Source: Balanoglossus misakiensis (taxonomy: Eukaryota > Animalia > Hemichordata). From it: a DNA stretch of 64,000 nt. The notes under the pieces are model-generated. The model searched no databases. It saw only the letters and a program-made list of their open reading frames with translations, and was not told the DNA's origin. A program made the position numbers and the translations under genes. The stretch lies in contig CM082578.2 in NCBI GenBank assembly GCA_040954595.2, positions 9,409,519-9,473,518 of the forward strand. The letters are read 5' to 3'. Shown one piece after another: positions 13,481-32,537 of the stretch (within the stretch, counting starts at the first letter, position 1; each line of letters opens with the position of its first letter).

Positions 13481-14899
13481 CAATTTCTTCTGTTTTTCTA
13501 AGTGCTTCTCTTGTCTGGCCATAAATGTGGTGCCCAAGCCTTCGCATATCTTCGCACTCGTTTCGCTGACTTGGGGTTTGAATGTAAATAGGCTTTCTTG
13601 CTCCTCCTGGAGTTTGAGCCGGGTGTTGACCGCCGGGTAGACGCCAGCCCTGAACTCGTTGCCGCGCTCCTTCACCATTTTCATGCTGGTCGCGTTGAGC
13701 TTCGGGGCGAAGGTGAGCTCCGACTCGAAACTGAACCTGTTCTGCGTCTTCATTCTCATCAGCCCCGTGGTTCTCGGGGTGACATCGCCCTGATCGGCTT
13801 GTTGCTGACACGTCAACATTGACGCTGCAGTCTTCGAATTTCCACTCCGGGAGAGTCTGTAATTTTTGTGACTGGGATCTGCGTCCGCGATTATTGGCGC
13901 CGATGCTTGCCGCTTGTAGTTGATGGTCAACGCCGAGGAAATGTCGGGAGGTCCGGCAACATACCTGGTCATAGTAAAGCAGACATGTTTGCAGGGTTAG
14001 CGTCGTAAAGATTAAAATTCTACGCTAGTCAACGCTATAATACGGTCCTATTGAGCGACCCATTGTGCGGCGTAACCATGGACGCCTTCAGTAATATATT
14101 TGTACAGCGCCGTCGAACTCATGAATAAAACATGAGCCCCCCTGCACGGGCTTTTGTTTAGAATCTCTTTCACACACATTCACCCCGAAACAAACAACGT
14201 ATTCCGTGGCCCAGGTCAAATATAACTGTTCTGGCAAAATGTCTGACACACAATCAAGTGACAATTTGGCGAGATACATGTATTCGGAATGTCTGCCACG
14301 CCAGCGTAATCTCGATCGAAGGCGGCTGGCAAGACGCGGCTATAAATCAAAGCATTCGTTCTTGAGACTTTGCCATGGAAACATCGGATTTTACGCACAT
14401 CTGTTGCATGTAATTGCCTACCTGATACCATTTTACAAACCAAAGCTAAATCTGCCTCATCTCTAGCGCATAACAGGCCATGAAATGTCTGTTTATGACG
14501 AAAACACAGCCACATGAAATACACAGACGCGACATTGACAAATTAAATATATACTAAACTTCCTGTGGAACATGTATAAGAAAAACATACACAGACAACA
14601 GAGGGCGCTCTCACGACCGAGTAGTGATTTTGTTTTCACAGTTTATAACAGTATTTTCTTTATTTGAGAGAGCGGGCGGCATCGAGTGGGATGAATTTAA
14701 ACACTTGACCGTAAAGGAATCACAACTGTACACTTAGACTATTGGGGATAAAATTACAACATTACCGATCTTTCTTGATATAGTCACGATATGGTCCGTA
14801 TTTCGCTTGTAGCAAGCGCTTTCCAATGGACTTTCTCAGAGACTCGTAAACTGGAAATGTTTTCGCCTTGGCTTTCGTGGTTCGCTTGCGCACGGGCAT
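13481..14899 (-). CDS. Two coding exons (14899-14766, 13964-13481), probably the distal first exons of the TTLL3/8-like gene; alternatively the start of a separate uncharacterised gene
   Basis: ATG at 14899 opens MPVRKRTTKAKAKTFPVYESLRKSIGKRLLQAKYGPYRDYIKKD and ends in phase 2 at CG|GTAATG. It joins in frame to acceptor ccag|G at 13964, a 484-nt GC-rich exon (YVAGPPD...HLEKQKKL) ending in phase 0 at TTG|GTAAGT. Phase 0 fits exon 5868-5776 ([15 protein letters not shown]). Confidence 0.65.
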
Positions 14900-16088
14900 A
14901 TTGCAGCATGGAAAGAAAAACACACACTTTTCATCTTTTCCCCTTGCGATAGTACGAGCGCTTGAGTTAATACAGCTTTATACCGTGCACTATCGTATAT
15001 AATACAGTCACGTGGTGCTCTAGAAGTTCTAGCTGTTCCGATTGATGACGTCATAAATTATACATAGAATAGCTCCCGAATTCATTGCATGTAAACTTGT
15101 GTATAGTATTAGTTTAAGTTCCTTAAAATGCCGTTACCATGAACGTCGCATGATTCAAAGGCAAATAATTTGAGCCATCAAGAGTCATGTGTTTTCTTGT
15201 CTCGGCGTACACAGTAGTGATCGTGGTCTGTATGAAGCACGCAAGGTCTGCGATTCCTACCTCTAGTCCCTGCTAACTGCCCCCCAAAAATCCGAAGCTC
15301 CTGGAAGCAGACCGCCTACGGTCCCTCGTATTGCAAAGAAAATGTCATCCCCAATTATTCAAGCCAGTTGCCATTGAAGTCAACGGTATTCATGTCCTCT
15401 ACATTTTGCTTGTACGAATGTAGGGTGCCAGCCCCACCCCTTTTGGATTTTGTTCACAAACACTGGCAAAGAAAAGACATATACGCGCATTTTCCTTGAT
15501 TTTCATATATTTACACCGCACACAATGCATCGGAGCCTGCAAGTCGAGAACTTAAGTTACGTTCCAATCAATCTGCAATTTAATTGGGCGGCTGAGTTTC
15601 AGAAATTTTAACTTGTCAAATAGATCTGTGAGTTGTTGTCAACTTCACGTCTATACATACAGGTTCTTGAAAGGTTGCGCTCACTCTTTTCCTTCTATAT
15701 CAACATTAAAGTACATGTGGACACTTTTGAAGTTTGTTGATGATTCAATCGCTGTTAGCTTACAAAAATTGTAAGTGTTGCGTTGTTATATAGTGGATGA
15801 TTTTTGGAGTGGTTTAAAACATCGTTTTGCAATTGAATATTACTAAAGCCAAATATTTTAGAAGGAAGAAACCTACAGGAGCAAACGTTGGATGAAAAGT
15901 TACTTAAACACTGGTTATAAAGTCGCCCACCACCCACTGGTTTTGCCAAGAAAATTATATTGACGGAATGAAAAGTATTCTTTCAGTGAGAATTCGTGAC
16001 TGAGAGTCACGACCAGACTCCCTAACCAAATATAGAAAAGCAGACCAATTCTTTCAAGAGTTAAAGGGTCTTTGTGTATACAACAAAC

Positions 16089-22809
<6,721 letters not shown>

Positions 22810-24378
22810 CAATATCTTCTGACAAGAGTTTCCGGAAGAAGAAAGATCAACTTTAGAGATATTTATTTAACAAAATCACTAAAACTATTTCCTTCTTTTA
22901 AATGAATCACTTCCTAAAGTTGTAGTCAAATCTCATTCAAAGTTGAAAGCACAGATTTTGAGCAAAATGTATTAATAAATTCTTATTCGATTTGTCCTCA
23001 AAACAGATCAACAAATCTTCATATAGTTTTACTAGAATTTACTTGAATATCAGTGCAATCCACAAATTCACATATACATGAATATTAATTACAATTTATA
23101 TATTATAATACAATCTAGAGTAGTAATGGTCACATGGATGACATTCTCAACTTCTGCCAAAGTGTGACTAAGTGTAGTACCGTAGTTGTAATAAGTTTGT
23201 AAAGTTCGTTATTCTGCTGTTTTTATGCTTTTGTTATATTTTTACACGATGCATATTTCATTTCTATACCAGAGTAGAAGATATGAAGTTAGAGTTTTGT
23301 TCTGCAATTTTGATACGTGACTTGAGCATTGTAGAAAGAGAGCTACATATTCCCAACCATGAGGCTACAGATGATATTCTTTGATTCATGAAAACTGTAG
23401 AATTCCACCAAGAGTCGAGAACATGTTATGATATTATATTTATACCATGTTAATATAATAGTCTTATCTTCCATTCAGTTCATCTCTACTGATCATTGTA
23501 AGTTTAACCTTAGACATCTCTTTTTGAAGAATTTTGTCCCGTATGGCTGTGTGTAGGATTTCGCCACACTGCGATTCACATCACTGCCATTTAAAGGAAT
23601 ACAATAATCTCTAATTTACAAATGCCTGGATAAAAAGTGTGGAAATCTGTGATTGGCTTGATTTCCACTTGCCATGGTAACAGTGGCTGAATTTTCATTG
23701 TTGACCATATACATGTACATTTGTACCATGGTTTCACATTTCACTGGTTAATATTGCGAATCTGAAATAATTTTTACAGATCAAGAGATATTTAGTGGTG
23801 TAGTATTTTGGCATCCAGCATATGTTTGATCAGCAGTCTGATAAATTATTGATGGGATTTTTTTAACCATAGGGTTACCCCAATTTAATATGTACATGTA
23901 GGATATGACTGGTAAACTATATTGGAGAGTTAGATTTAATGTATACTAGTCTCCTTACAAAATATTACACAGAAAAATTCCATGTGGCTTGGTTGAACTT
24001 TAGTACAGCATTAATCATAGGCAGTGCTAATTTTAATTCTTGATTATAGGGGTAGAAAATGGAAATTATAACAATTTACTATCAAGCCATGTATTAGAAC
24101 TATTATCAGTATTTACTCTAGGCTGATATCAAGTCATTTTGATATGTATATTTTTTTGTAAATACATTTGATTAATACTCGGTCTTCACGAGTTTTGTCA
24201 GTTCTTCTGAACTTCAGATCATAAGTTGTGTATACAGTTGCCACTTACAGAAAGTTCTCATTGTATATTTCACACCATAAACTCTCTGTATCACATCTCA
24301 CCTTTTTCCTCTTTATAAAGATTCATCCGCCGATAAGAACTTGGCATTAGGTTGTGCACTATTTTACAAGATGGTATG

Positions 24379-24392
24379 GCGCCCTCTAGTGT
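24379..24392 (-). promoter_or_regulatory. CTCF-like motif (minus strand ACACTAGAGGGCGC) between the convergent copine and ALG10 3' ends
   Basis: One mismatch to the common CTCF core CCACTAGAGGGCGC. Motif match only. Confidence 0.35.
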
Positions 24393-25203
24393 CATCTTAA
24401 CTCTGAATGGGGAGGCTAGGCTGGGCAGTGTAGAAATACAAGAATCATGGCTTTTTACATTGCTTCTGCACAGGGAAACTGTCAAAAGCAGCTTTTGTGT
24501 TTTCATTTTTGAACTTTTCAGAAGAACGAAGCTGATTTGCAGGACTATGGTATGAAAAAGGGAAGGGTCACAACTTGATACATGTACCATTCTTTATTGC
24601 TACATGTAAGTACAAGACTGCTCCAATCAGAAACCAGAGATCTACCACAGAATAATTGTTTTTAAAATTTAAAATCATTTTTTATATACATAAACCTTTA
24701 TATACTTCTTGTCTTTTATATCACTATTTTCAATTAACGTACTTTCTTCACAATTAAGTCAGGAAGTTTCACTCCTGCAAAAATCAGTCAGACAAATAAA
24801 CCTACTAGATATGAACTAAAGTAGATTATTGCAAAAGGATAGATGACAAAGTATTTGTACCAGTCTGTCAGTCTCAATTAAAATTAAGTATATCCAAAAA
24901 TACCACCGACTCTAGACATCTCATTTCAGACTCATTACATTCCACTTTTATGGTGCAGAGTGACTGGACCCGGTTTGGAAACGATATGTCACTTGTTCTG
25001 CAGCAGTAAGTGCACAGCACTCTGACTGAGTTGAGGTCTTTTGGGAAGTTTTCAATTCATCTGGAGTTAGAATGGTTTTGCTGTCCTGTTGATGAAATGA
25101 ATGAAGTGCCCACCTAATAACTATCTAAGAGGCCAAAGTGGGTTTTAAATTGTTACATTGGAACTTCAATTCAACTGCAAAACCCAACCAAATACACAAG
25201 TGA

Positions 25204-27091
25204 CTACCACATGAATCTTTGAGTGTCCGGGCTGTCCGGCCAAGTGAACGGCCTGTCTATGAACATGCTGACAGTGGCATAGTTGATGGCCAGGTACAGC
25301 AGGGCTTCAAGCGCAAGCAGAGGGTAATCCTGCAACTGCATGTGCAGTCTGAACATCACGAAGGGGATGATGAAGTACCGAAACTCCAGCAGCCTCTGCG
25401 GAACGGTCGTCAGGACGACGCAGACGCCGAACACCAGTTTCCACAACACGGTCTTGTGCATCAGCTGGTTGGCCATGCTCCAGCCGCCGAAGACGTAGAC
25501 CGGCACCAGGGCGTAGCGGGTGATTGCGCGCCGGTTGATGATCTTCTTCCACACGTAGAACGGGTAGTGCCTGTTGTCGGAGAGCAGGTAGGGGTGAACG
25601 GCCGTGAAGTAGTAGATGAGGTTGATGGCGAGCGCGGCGCTGGCCACCACGAAGACCGCGTGGCGCTTCTGGAAGACTACAAATTTGAGGAGGTTGAACG
25701 GCACGATGAAGAACGGGGAGGCGAACGCGGCCGTGAAGGCAAAGAAATAGAACAGCTGCGGGACGTTGAGGCAAGCTTCGTGACTGGTCCTGGCGCCGAC
25801 CACTATTCCGTCGTTTTTGATGACGAAAACTACAAACGCGATCACGACAAGTCCGTAGGGGAAAAGTTTTCCAACCAAAGACATGACATTTGGGACGCGA
25901 CTCAAAAATCTGAAAACGTCTTTTATGCTCTCCGTGATGACTTGAGCAAAGTTTGTGACCTCTGACCCTTCATCCTCTGCATCTTGCCCATCATCATCTT
26001 TGTCGTTCTCCACCTCCTCCTCCTCCTGGCTGTTTTCAACCATCTCAACAGCCGTCACCCCAGCGACAAACACCACCCATATGACGTTGGTCTGACGGAA
26101 CATAATAGCACACGCCCCAGCCAGAGCGGCATTCATGTGGTTGCCATGGAGACTGAGGAGGTACATGAACAGCACAAAGAAAGTGGAGCCCGCATCCGTG
26201 TAGTACAGGAATGTGAAGAAGTACAGAACAGGAAACAGCGCCATGATCACTGATGTGACGGACAACTTCAAGCCAGACACCTACAGAGGAAAACAGATTG
26301 TAAAGAATTTTACATTACAAGTTGCCCAGGTGTGGCACACAAAACGATACATTCTAATTAACATTTGCTAGGTACAATTTATCACCAGTGATGTGTGTGG
26401 ATATATGTCTCACTGTAGTATTAAAAGAATTAAAACTTTTACCTCAGACCCAGGATTCAGTTTCCTCAGAATCGCATAGACCAGATATAGATTAAGCATT
26501 GCAAACAGCACATTAGTCAGTCGAAGCATTGTGGTGGAACAGTATTCTGCGATGTCAGCTTCAAAATACCAGCTAACTGGCTTGAGTATGCCAATAGACA
26601 CTAGGTATAAACCAGGCAGCGTGGTTATCATTGGGTCCCACTGCAAGAAAAAGGACATTGTTTATGATTATGATGTGGGGTGCGTGTAAGTGGCCCTTTA
26701 CCAGTAATGTTAAATTAATTGATTGATTGATTGGAAAAATTACGTTTCAATTACTGCATCAAATTATTCTACTGTATCCTGTTTCGGTTATACATGAAAC
26801 TGGAATCCTGCCTTATACATGTAGCATGGCATATGCGCACAGCTGAGCGCAACAACACGTGTGTATGTTTACTTTTCACGTGTCGACAAATGGACATGTA
26901 TTGTAAAAGCCTACCTCAGAAAATGAACCGTTGCAATAACGCTGTGCTTGTGGGACATGAAAAATTTCGTCCATGTACGGGTTGGGTTGCACCCGATTCA
27001 TCTTCAAGAACGTAACTATCGTGAAGCCGAAGAAAATGCTGCCTGCAGTGAAGTAAGCCTGCACTTGCAGAAACATATTGGACGCAGCCAT
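25204..27091 (-). CDS. ALG10: Dol-P-Glc:Glc2Man9GlcNAc2-PP-Dol alpha-1,2-glucosyltransferase ALG10, complete, 3 exons
   Basis: Exons 27091-26915, 26640-26443 and 26280-25204, all phase 0. Motifs PYMDEIFHVPQAQRYC, WDPMITTLPGLY, FLYYTD, FRQTNVIW, HPYLLSDNRHYPFYVWK, VPQRLLEFRYFIIPF and the terminal QRFMW are characteristic of ALG10/DIE2. Confidence 0.96.
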
Positions 27092-27313
27092 TTTGAAATG
27101 ATGATTTCTACCCACAATGCGGTGCGATACGTGCCCGGCCTCAAGATCAATTTCGTTTTAACACGGTGTATTTTTTACATGGATTGTTGTAGATTTAAAC
27201 GAATTAATGAGCTAGTATTAAATTAATTCAAAAATGTTTACAATATCTGTAAGTTTAAATCGTGCGTACACAAATATTCACTTCCGTGGTTGAGGGCGCT
27301 GTTCTAGGTAAAC
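27092..27313. promoter_or_regulatory. Compact bidirectional promoter shared by ALG10 and TPRKB
   Basis: The divergent ATGs are 222 bp apart. A YY1-type motif GCAGCCATTTTG overlaps the ALG10 start codon. Confidence 0.7.
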
Positions 27314-29496
27314 ATGGCCTCTGAATCCTTCGCGTTTGAGCTGTTCCCAGATTGTAAAGTAACGATAGCGTTGTTTTGCGAAGTTAAAAACTGCAGAGAG
27401 CTGAAAAGAAGCATAGTGGATGGGGACATCGATGCTGCGCTTCTGAATTCATCAATGGTAAAGATGTGACAACGATCTCTCTCTCCCCCCCCCCTCTTTC
27501 TCTCTGCATGTCAGTTTCTCTCAGACCATAGACCCTACATGTAGAGGTCTATGCTCAGACAGATACTTATAATTGTCAGTCAGTGAGGATTTTTGAGACA
27601 CTGTTGTTGAATTCTTTGCCGTGGGTGAATGAATATAAGTGGCAAGGTTCTAACCACTAGACTTTGTACAAGGACTAGTGAACAATTAGGGGGAGTTGTC
27701 TGGTGTGATAACCCCTAAAATGTAGCTAAAGTTAAAGATGATGTGTCTGCCTATTCTCATACTATGTACAGTTTGCAATACTTAGAGACATGGCAGTTCA
27801 ATATTTGATATTCAAAAAATAATTAAAAAAGGACATTTATTTAACATCTATCCGCAGATAGTCGACCCATTCCAAGTATTGATAGCTGCAAATAAGGCGA
27901 TACATTTGAACCATCATGGCAAGATGAAGACAAGGAACATCAATTCAGAAGTCCTCTTCAATTTGTCACCAACAAACAATGTAAGTGGGAATGACTTATT
28001 GTGTCTGGTCACACCTGTTTTAGTGTGAGTCAAACCTGAAATGTAATTTGTTTAAAAATATATGTTTGACTGTTATGGTGTAATACGTGTAATGGTAATA
28101 GCTACATGTATGTTTCCGCTGTCTCTCATAATGTGCAATTTCATTGAACTGTTTAGAACTTTGTAACTGTTTCCTTCACTTTTGACTTCCTTCAGATTTC
28201 TGATGCTTTCAAGAAGTTCGGTCTCGGAGACACTGACACATCATTTCTAGCAGCCATTCTGAACGACAATGCTGGCGATAAGTTGGAAAGCTTGGAACAG
28301 CAGGTGGATGGGACCATGGTTGGCCTGGATCAGCTTAAAGACGTCACTGATGAAGGCAAAATAAAGAAGGTGAGTGCAGTGTTTACTATTTTGAGCTGTA
28401 TCCCCCAAATTGACCCGGCATTATAGAAATTGTCAGTTGATAGGAAAATCAACCTGCGAAACCTAGAACAAACTCTTGTGTCAAACAGACATACCAACGA
28501 GGGTCAACTGCCAAGTCTGAAACTCTACGTAATTTGAAGAGTGAAATTTAAAGAATGTAGTGACCTTTTGCAATACCCGGGGATTCAACCTCCAAACTGT
28601 AATTTACTTCTGAAATTAAAAAGATTGCCTCTTTCAATAAGCCATGGTCAGTGACCTGGTCCCCATTGGATCATTGGGAAAACACTGAAGGACATCACGG
28701 TGGAATGAAATCAATCAAGGCATGTCTGTAAAGTGGCTCTGACAAGGTTTCTAATAAAGCACTAGTCTGAAGTATGATGTGCAACATATCAGAAATGTTT
28801 TGTGTTAAAACAGAGGTCAAGCTCACACAGTGATTCTCTCAAACTCCAACATGTCTATAAAAAGATGGAATTTTAATTCATAATGCACACGGTTTAATCA
28901 TCCACTAAATGTCAAGCAATACTGTGAGACATACCCCCCCCCCCAAAAAAAAAAAAATCGCTCCCAGTTCCTGGCAATTAAAAGCAGAGACTCCTAAAGT
29001 AGAGTTGTGTAGCTTAAGGTTATCCAGCTTATTCAGGTAGTAAATAAATGACAGGCATGACATTTCGCGGAGGGGCAGGGGCATTAAGCTTTAGTGAATT
29101 TGGCTGGAAGGGCTGCCTGATTGCCGTTGTGTCGTGGAACCCAAACAATTTGAGAGCCATACCATCTTCAAGTTTCATTATATCTCCATTAGTTTCCCGG
29201 TGGTGTATTATTACTGATCTCGTCGATCCTAAGAAAAGAAATCAGTGGTGCATTGCGAATGGTTATTGGAGTCTCAACCCCCTGGAAAAAACATTTCCTT
29301 GCCTCGAGGTTGTCTCGGCAACTTGGGACCAGGCGAATCAAAAGTGACACATTTCTATGTACAATGCAAAAAAAAACTAAAACACGTACATTCTGTTTTG
29401 ATTTCACAGATTTACAAGATTCAAGACTTGGAGCTGAAAAACAGCACGCTTCTGGATGCCGTGGTGTGCAGAATGTCGACCAAGGACGCTTCTTAG
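27314..29496 (+). CDS. TPRKB: EKC/KEOPS complex subunit TPRKB (CGI-121), complete, 4 exons
   Basis: Exons 27314-27457, 27858-27980, 28196-28369 and 29410-29496, all phase 0 and GT-AG. The peptide [18 protein letters not shown]...[17 protein letters not shown]...[29 protein letters not shown]...IKKIYKI...[16 protein letters not shown] matches vertebrate TPRKB along its full length. Confidence 0.95.
27520..27560. mobile_element. 27-bp palindromic DNA-transposon remnant flanked by a 7-bp direct repeat (CTCAGAC) in TPRKB intron 1
   Basis: ctcagac|CATAGACCCTACATGTAGAGGTCTATG|ctcagac; the core 27527-27553 is self-complementary except for one bulged base. Confidence 0.6.
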
Positions 29497-30976
29497 ACCC
29501 ACTCCGACCGAACAAGACAAGGCACCGCACTGCGAGTCGATTAATTCGAAACCACCATCGGAAAAAGGGCCGGCTACATTCACTATAATCCCCTGGGCAC
29601 TTCCCATCATAAAAAAAACCTGGGACATACAGAGAAAGTGCACAAAGACAGTAATTTATTGCGCCGAGTTTACAGACCTCATCAAATTAGGGAATGAAAG
29701 GAGCAAACTTCTAGGAATGACTGCGGGCTACGTGAACTTTGATATTACTTCATTAAAAGAAGAAACACCTGGGGACATTTTGCACAGAAAAGACGCATTA
29801 TGTGAAATTAAGCAGCATCAGTGAACACGGGTCGATGTTGGAACGGATTTTATTTCAGCAAACAGTTCATTTCTCGTAATTGTTTTGTCATTTTAGAAAG
29901 AGAATAAATTATTTTTCTCTACATTTGGCTGTGTGTGACTGATTTCTTCAGCTATAAATCTTGAGAGAGAGAAAAAAAATCTTGTGGTGGAAGTACATTA
30001 TTTAACTCAAAAACAGCAATTGACACATTTCATGGATTTTAATTTCCTGTTCTTTTCCTATAAAACGTTAAAGAGAGCTCTCATATTGACCACAAAGTGA
30101 AACCACCCAAGACAATTTGATTGCAGCAGCAGCCTGAACATGAATGTAAATTACATTTCAAGCAACTTCAGTGTGAACACTATCGGTCCTTAAATTTTTC
30201 TCTAGACACATTTGATTGTTAAACATTAGCTACGTTCATTTTCATTGAAGAGGTAGTTGTTTTACTTTTGGCAAATTAAAAAATCTGTCAAAACTCGGAC
30301 AAATTTACAAGAAATACCAGTCCTGTAAAACTTCATCATTCACCTGTGTGGGTAGGATTTCAGTTCAGTTACTCGTAAGAACAAGATGGTAACTGTGCCT
30401 ACATGTATGCATATGCCCCATGAAACCATGGAGAGTATTACCGGTACTCACTATGTACCATATTGTTCTAGGAATACTTTCATACTCTAAAAACCTGAGT
30501 GACTTATTTGGCACTTGAAATTCCCTCCCTCATCATAATTCATGCCAAAAAGAACACTGGGTGGAAACAACTGTGAGTCTCTAAATCTAAGTGTATTACT
30601 AGTACAAAAATGTATGCTTCTGTATTTGACTTCAATTTCTTGTGAAGCCAGTTTCCTAACATACAAACATGTAAAACTTCTTGTGTGTTCCTCAGTCTCC
30701 GAGGGTTAACATAGAAGACAGTAGATACAGACTATGAGATATCATTGCTGATGTTTGAATACATGTAGATGTAGCTGGGGTATTTGTTGCTCAAGGTTCA
30801 AGGAATTCTATCATTCGGGACTAGACTCGGTTACTATGCAAGAACGGCTCCTATATAAAGGTGATTACTCTTTTGTGGCCAAGTCTGTACGGCAGTGCAA
30901 ATTAACCCTATACGGTTAATGGATGGAAGTGGGCCCCGATGTGTACGACCCCGAGGCTACATCGTAACCACGGTCA

Positions 30977-32187
30977 TCAAAGAGACTTCGGATAGGCTTT
31001 CAAGATTCTAACGTCGTCCACGGGCCTGTCCCCGTTGTCCGTCTCCACCATGCCCATCCTGTTGATGACGCTGATTCCTCCACTGACCCGTCCGAAGATG
31101 GTGTGTTTGCCGTCCAGCCACTGAGCGGGCGCAAGGCTGATGAAGAACTGGCTGCCGTTTGTGTTGGGTCCGCTGTTTGCCATGGAGAGAACTCCAGCCC
31201 CCGTGTGCTTCAACTCCGGCGAAATTTCGTCCTCAAAGCTCCTTCCGTAGATAGATGCCCCTCCCCTGCCTGGAAAATTAGAAAAATACTTCATGAAATT
31301 GACTTTTTTACCACTGATGTATTCTATTATCTACATGTACTTATCTAATAATAATACAAACAATCTCATTCTGACCTGCAGCTGTTCAATGGCAGATTTT
31401 TATCTGACCGATCATGGACTCAACTTATATCGCTGAAAAAGATGTAATTTAGAGACTGTGATAGTAAAACTGCATATCTTGCGAAAGAAAAAAATGAATA
31501 AAAATATCACCCATGTGGCTTTAAAGCTAATTTGTACAATGGAATGCATTGTTTTCCAAGATAACACGTACATCCAATGTACATTCAACAGAGCAACTGA
31601 CCTGTTCCTGTGGGATCTCCTCCCTGGATCATAAAATCTTTGATTATTCTGTGAAATTTGCAGTTGTTATAATAACCTCGTTTGGACAACTCTGCAAAAT
31701 TCCTGCAGGTTTTTGGTGCATGGTGCCAGTACAGTTCCACTGTAATCCTACCCACACTATGAAGATAAACAAAGAACTTCAGGTGAGTGTTATCAGCGCC
31801 CTCATGAGGCAACCGTGAAAATATTTTGTGCACACACTGTTTGTCGCGTTTCTGTTTTAAAATATACGTAACAACGCAAGTTTGGCAGTCCCATGTATGA
31901 CACTTACATGTAGATCATTATTTACTCGATTTGAAGACACAGGCACGTCATGAATGGACGTTGACACACTTCCATGAAAACGTGTATCGACCGTACGCCG
32001 ACAACGTCATCTATAGATATTTTTACATTACAGAGGAAGTGGGCCATACGGGTGTTTCAGGACCGATTCCTGTACTTCTTTCTTTCATACCAAAGAGAAA
32101 ATATCTTTAAATCACCCTAGCTGACACGATACCTTACCTTGTTTCGAGAACAACAAGCGCAGCATTTTCAGATGTGCACGCCGCCAT
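30977..32187 (-). CDS. PPIL1: Peptidyl-prolyl cis-trans isomerase-like 1 (spliceosomal cyclophilin), complete, 3 exons
   Basis: Exons 32187-32138, 31756-31602 and 31269-30977. Peptide [66 protein letters not shown]...[14 protein letters not shown] is typical of PPIL1. Confidence 0.96.
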
Positions 32188-32537
32188 ATTGAAATACCCA
32201 ACATGCATTTCGACTGAAAAAAATGGCAGCCTTCTGTTCGAGCCGGTGAAGATAGCTTTGAGATTTGTATTATATGTGATAAATTGCTACAAACCTCCAA
32301 GCAGTTCCGAATTTATTCAGGAAAACCCACCAACAGAGGGAAATCTTTACAAACTTGTGTTGTAGAACGAGGATCGCCCACAGTAAGTGAAAGGGGTCAA
32401 CGAACTTTCATTCATTCATTCATCTCTTCCGTCGCTCTTTCCCGGATTATATCCCTCCATCTGTAACAGATTTGCTCATCAAAGATCCACCTGGACTCTT
32501 TATAGACGACCAAGAAGAAGATACATTCACAGGATCC
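32188..32537. promoter_or_regulatory. Bidirectional promoter PPIL1/PDCL with a probable PDCL 5'-UTR intron (32383-32469)
   Basis: The divergent ATGs are 350 bp apart. YY1-type motifs CCGCCATATT (over the PPIL1 ATG) and AAAATGGCAG (about 32220). Donor CA|GTAAGT at 32383 and a pyrimidine-rich acceptor taacag ending at 32469. Confidence 0.6.

Noticed and set aside
14422-14488. Exon-like segment (ag|ACATTT...TCAG|gtagg, TFHGLLCARDEADLALVCKMVS) on the minus strand
   Set aside because: Its open frame needs a phase-0 upstream exon, but exon 14899-14766 ends in phase 2, which gives a premature stop. No in-frame path to 13964 was found. It could at most be a poison or UTR exon.
25219-25965. 248-aa plus-strand ORF (and 155-aa alternative-frame ORF 25307-25774) overlapping ALG10
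   Set aside because: Shadow ORFs caused by the GC3-rich codon usage of ALG10 exon 3; no recognisable domain or splice context.
29497-29824. Overlapping 80-120-aa ORFs after the TPRKB stop codon
   Set aside because: They lie in the TPRKB last exon and 3' UTR, and have no homology signal.
30346-30359. 14-nt inverted match (gtgtgggtaggatt) to the start of PPIL1 exon 2
   Set aside because: Several 14-mer matches are expected by chance within 64 kb; no extension.
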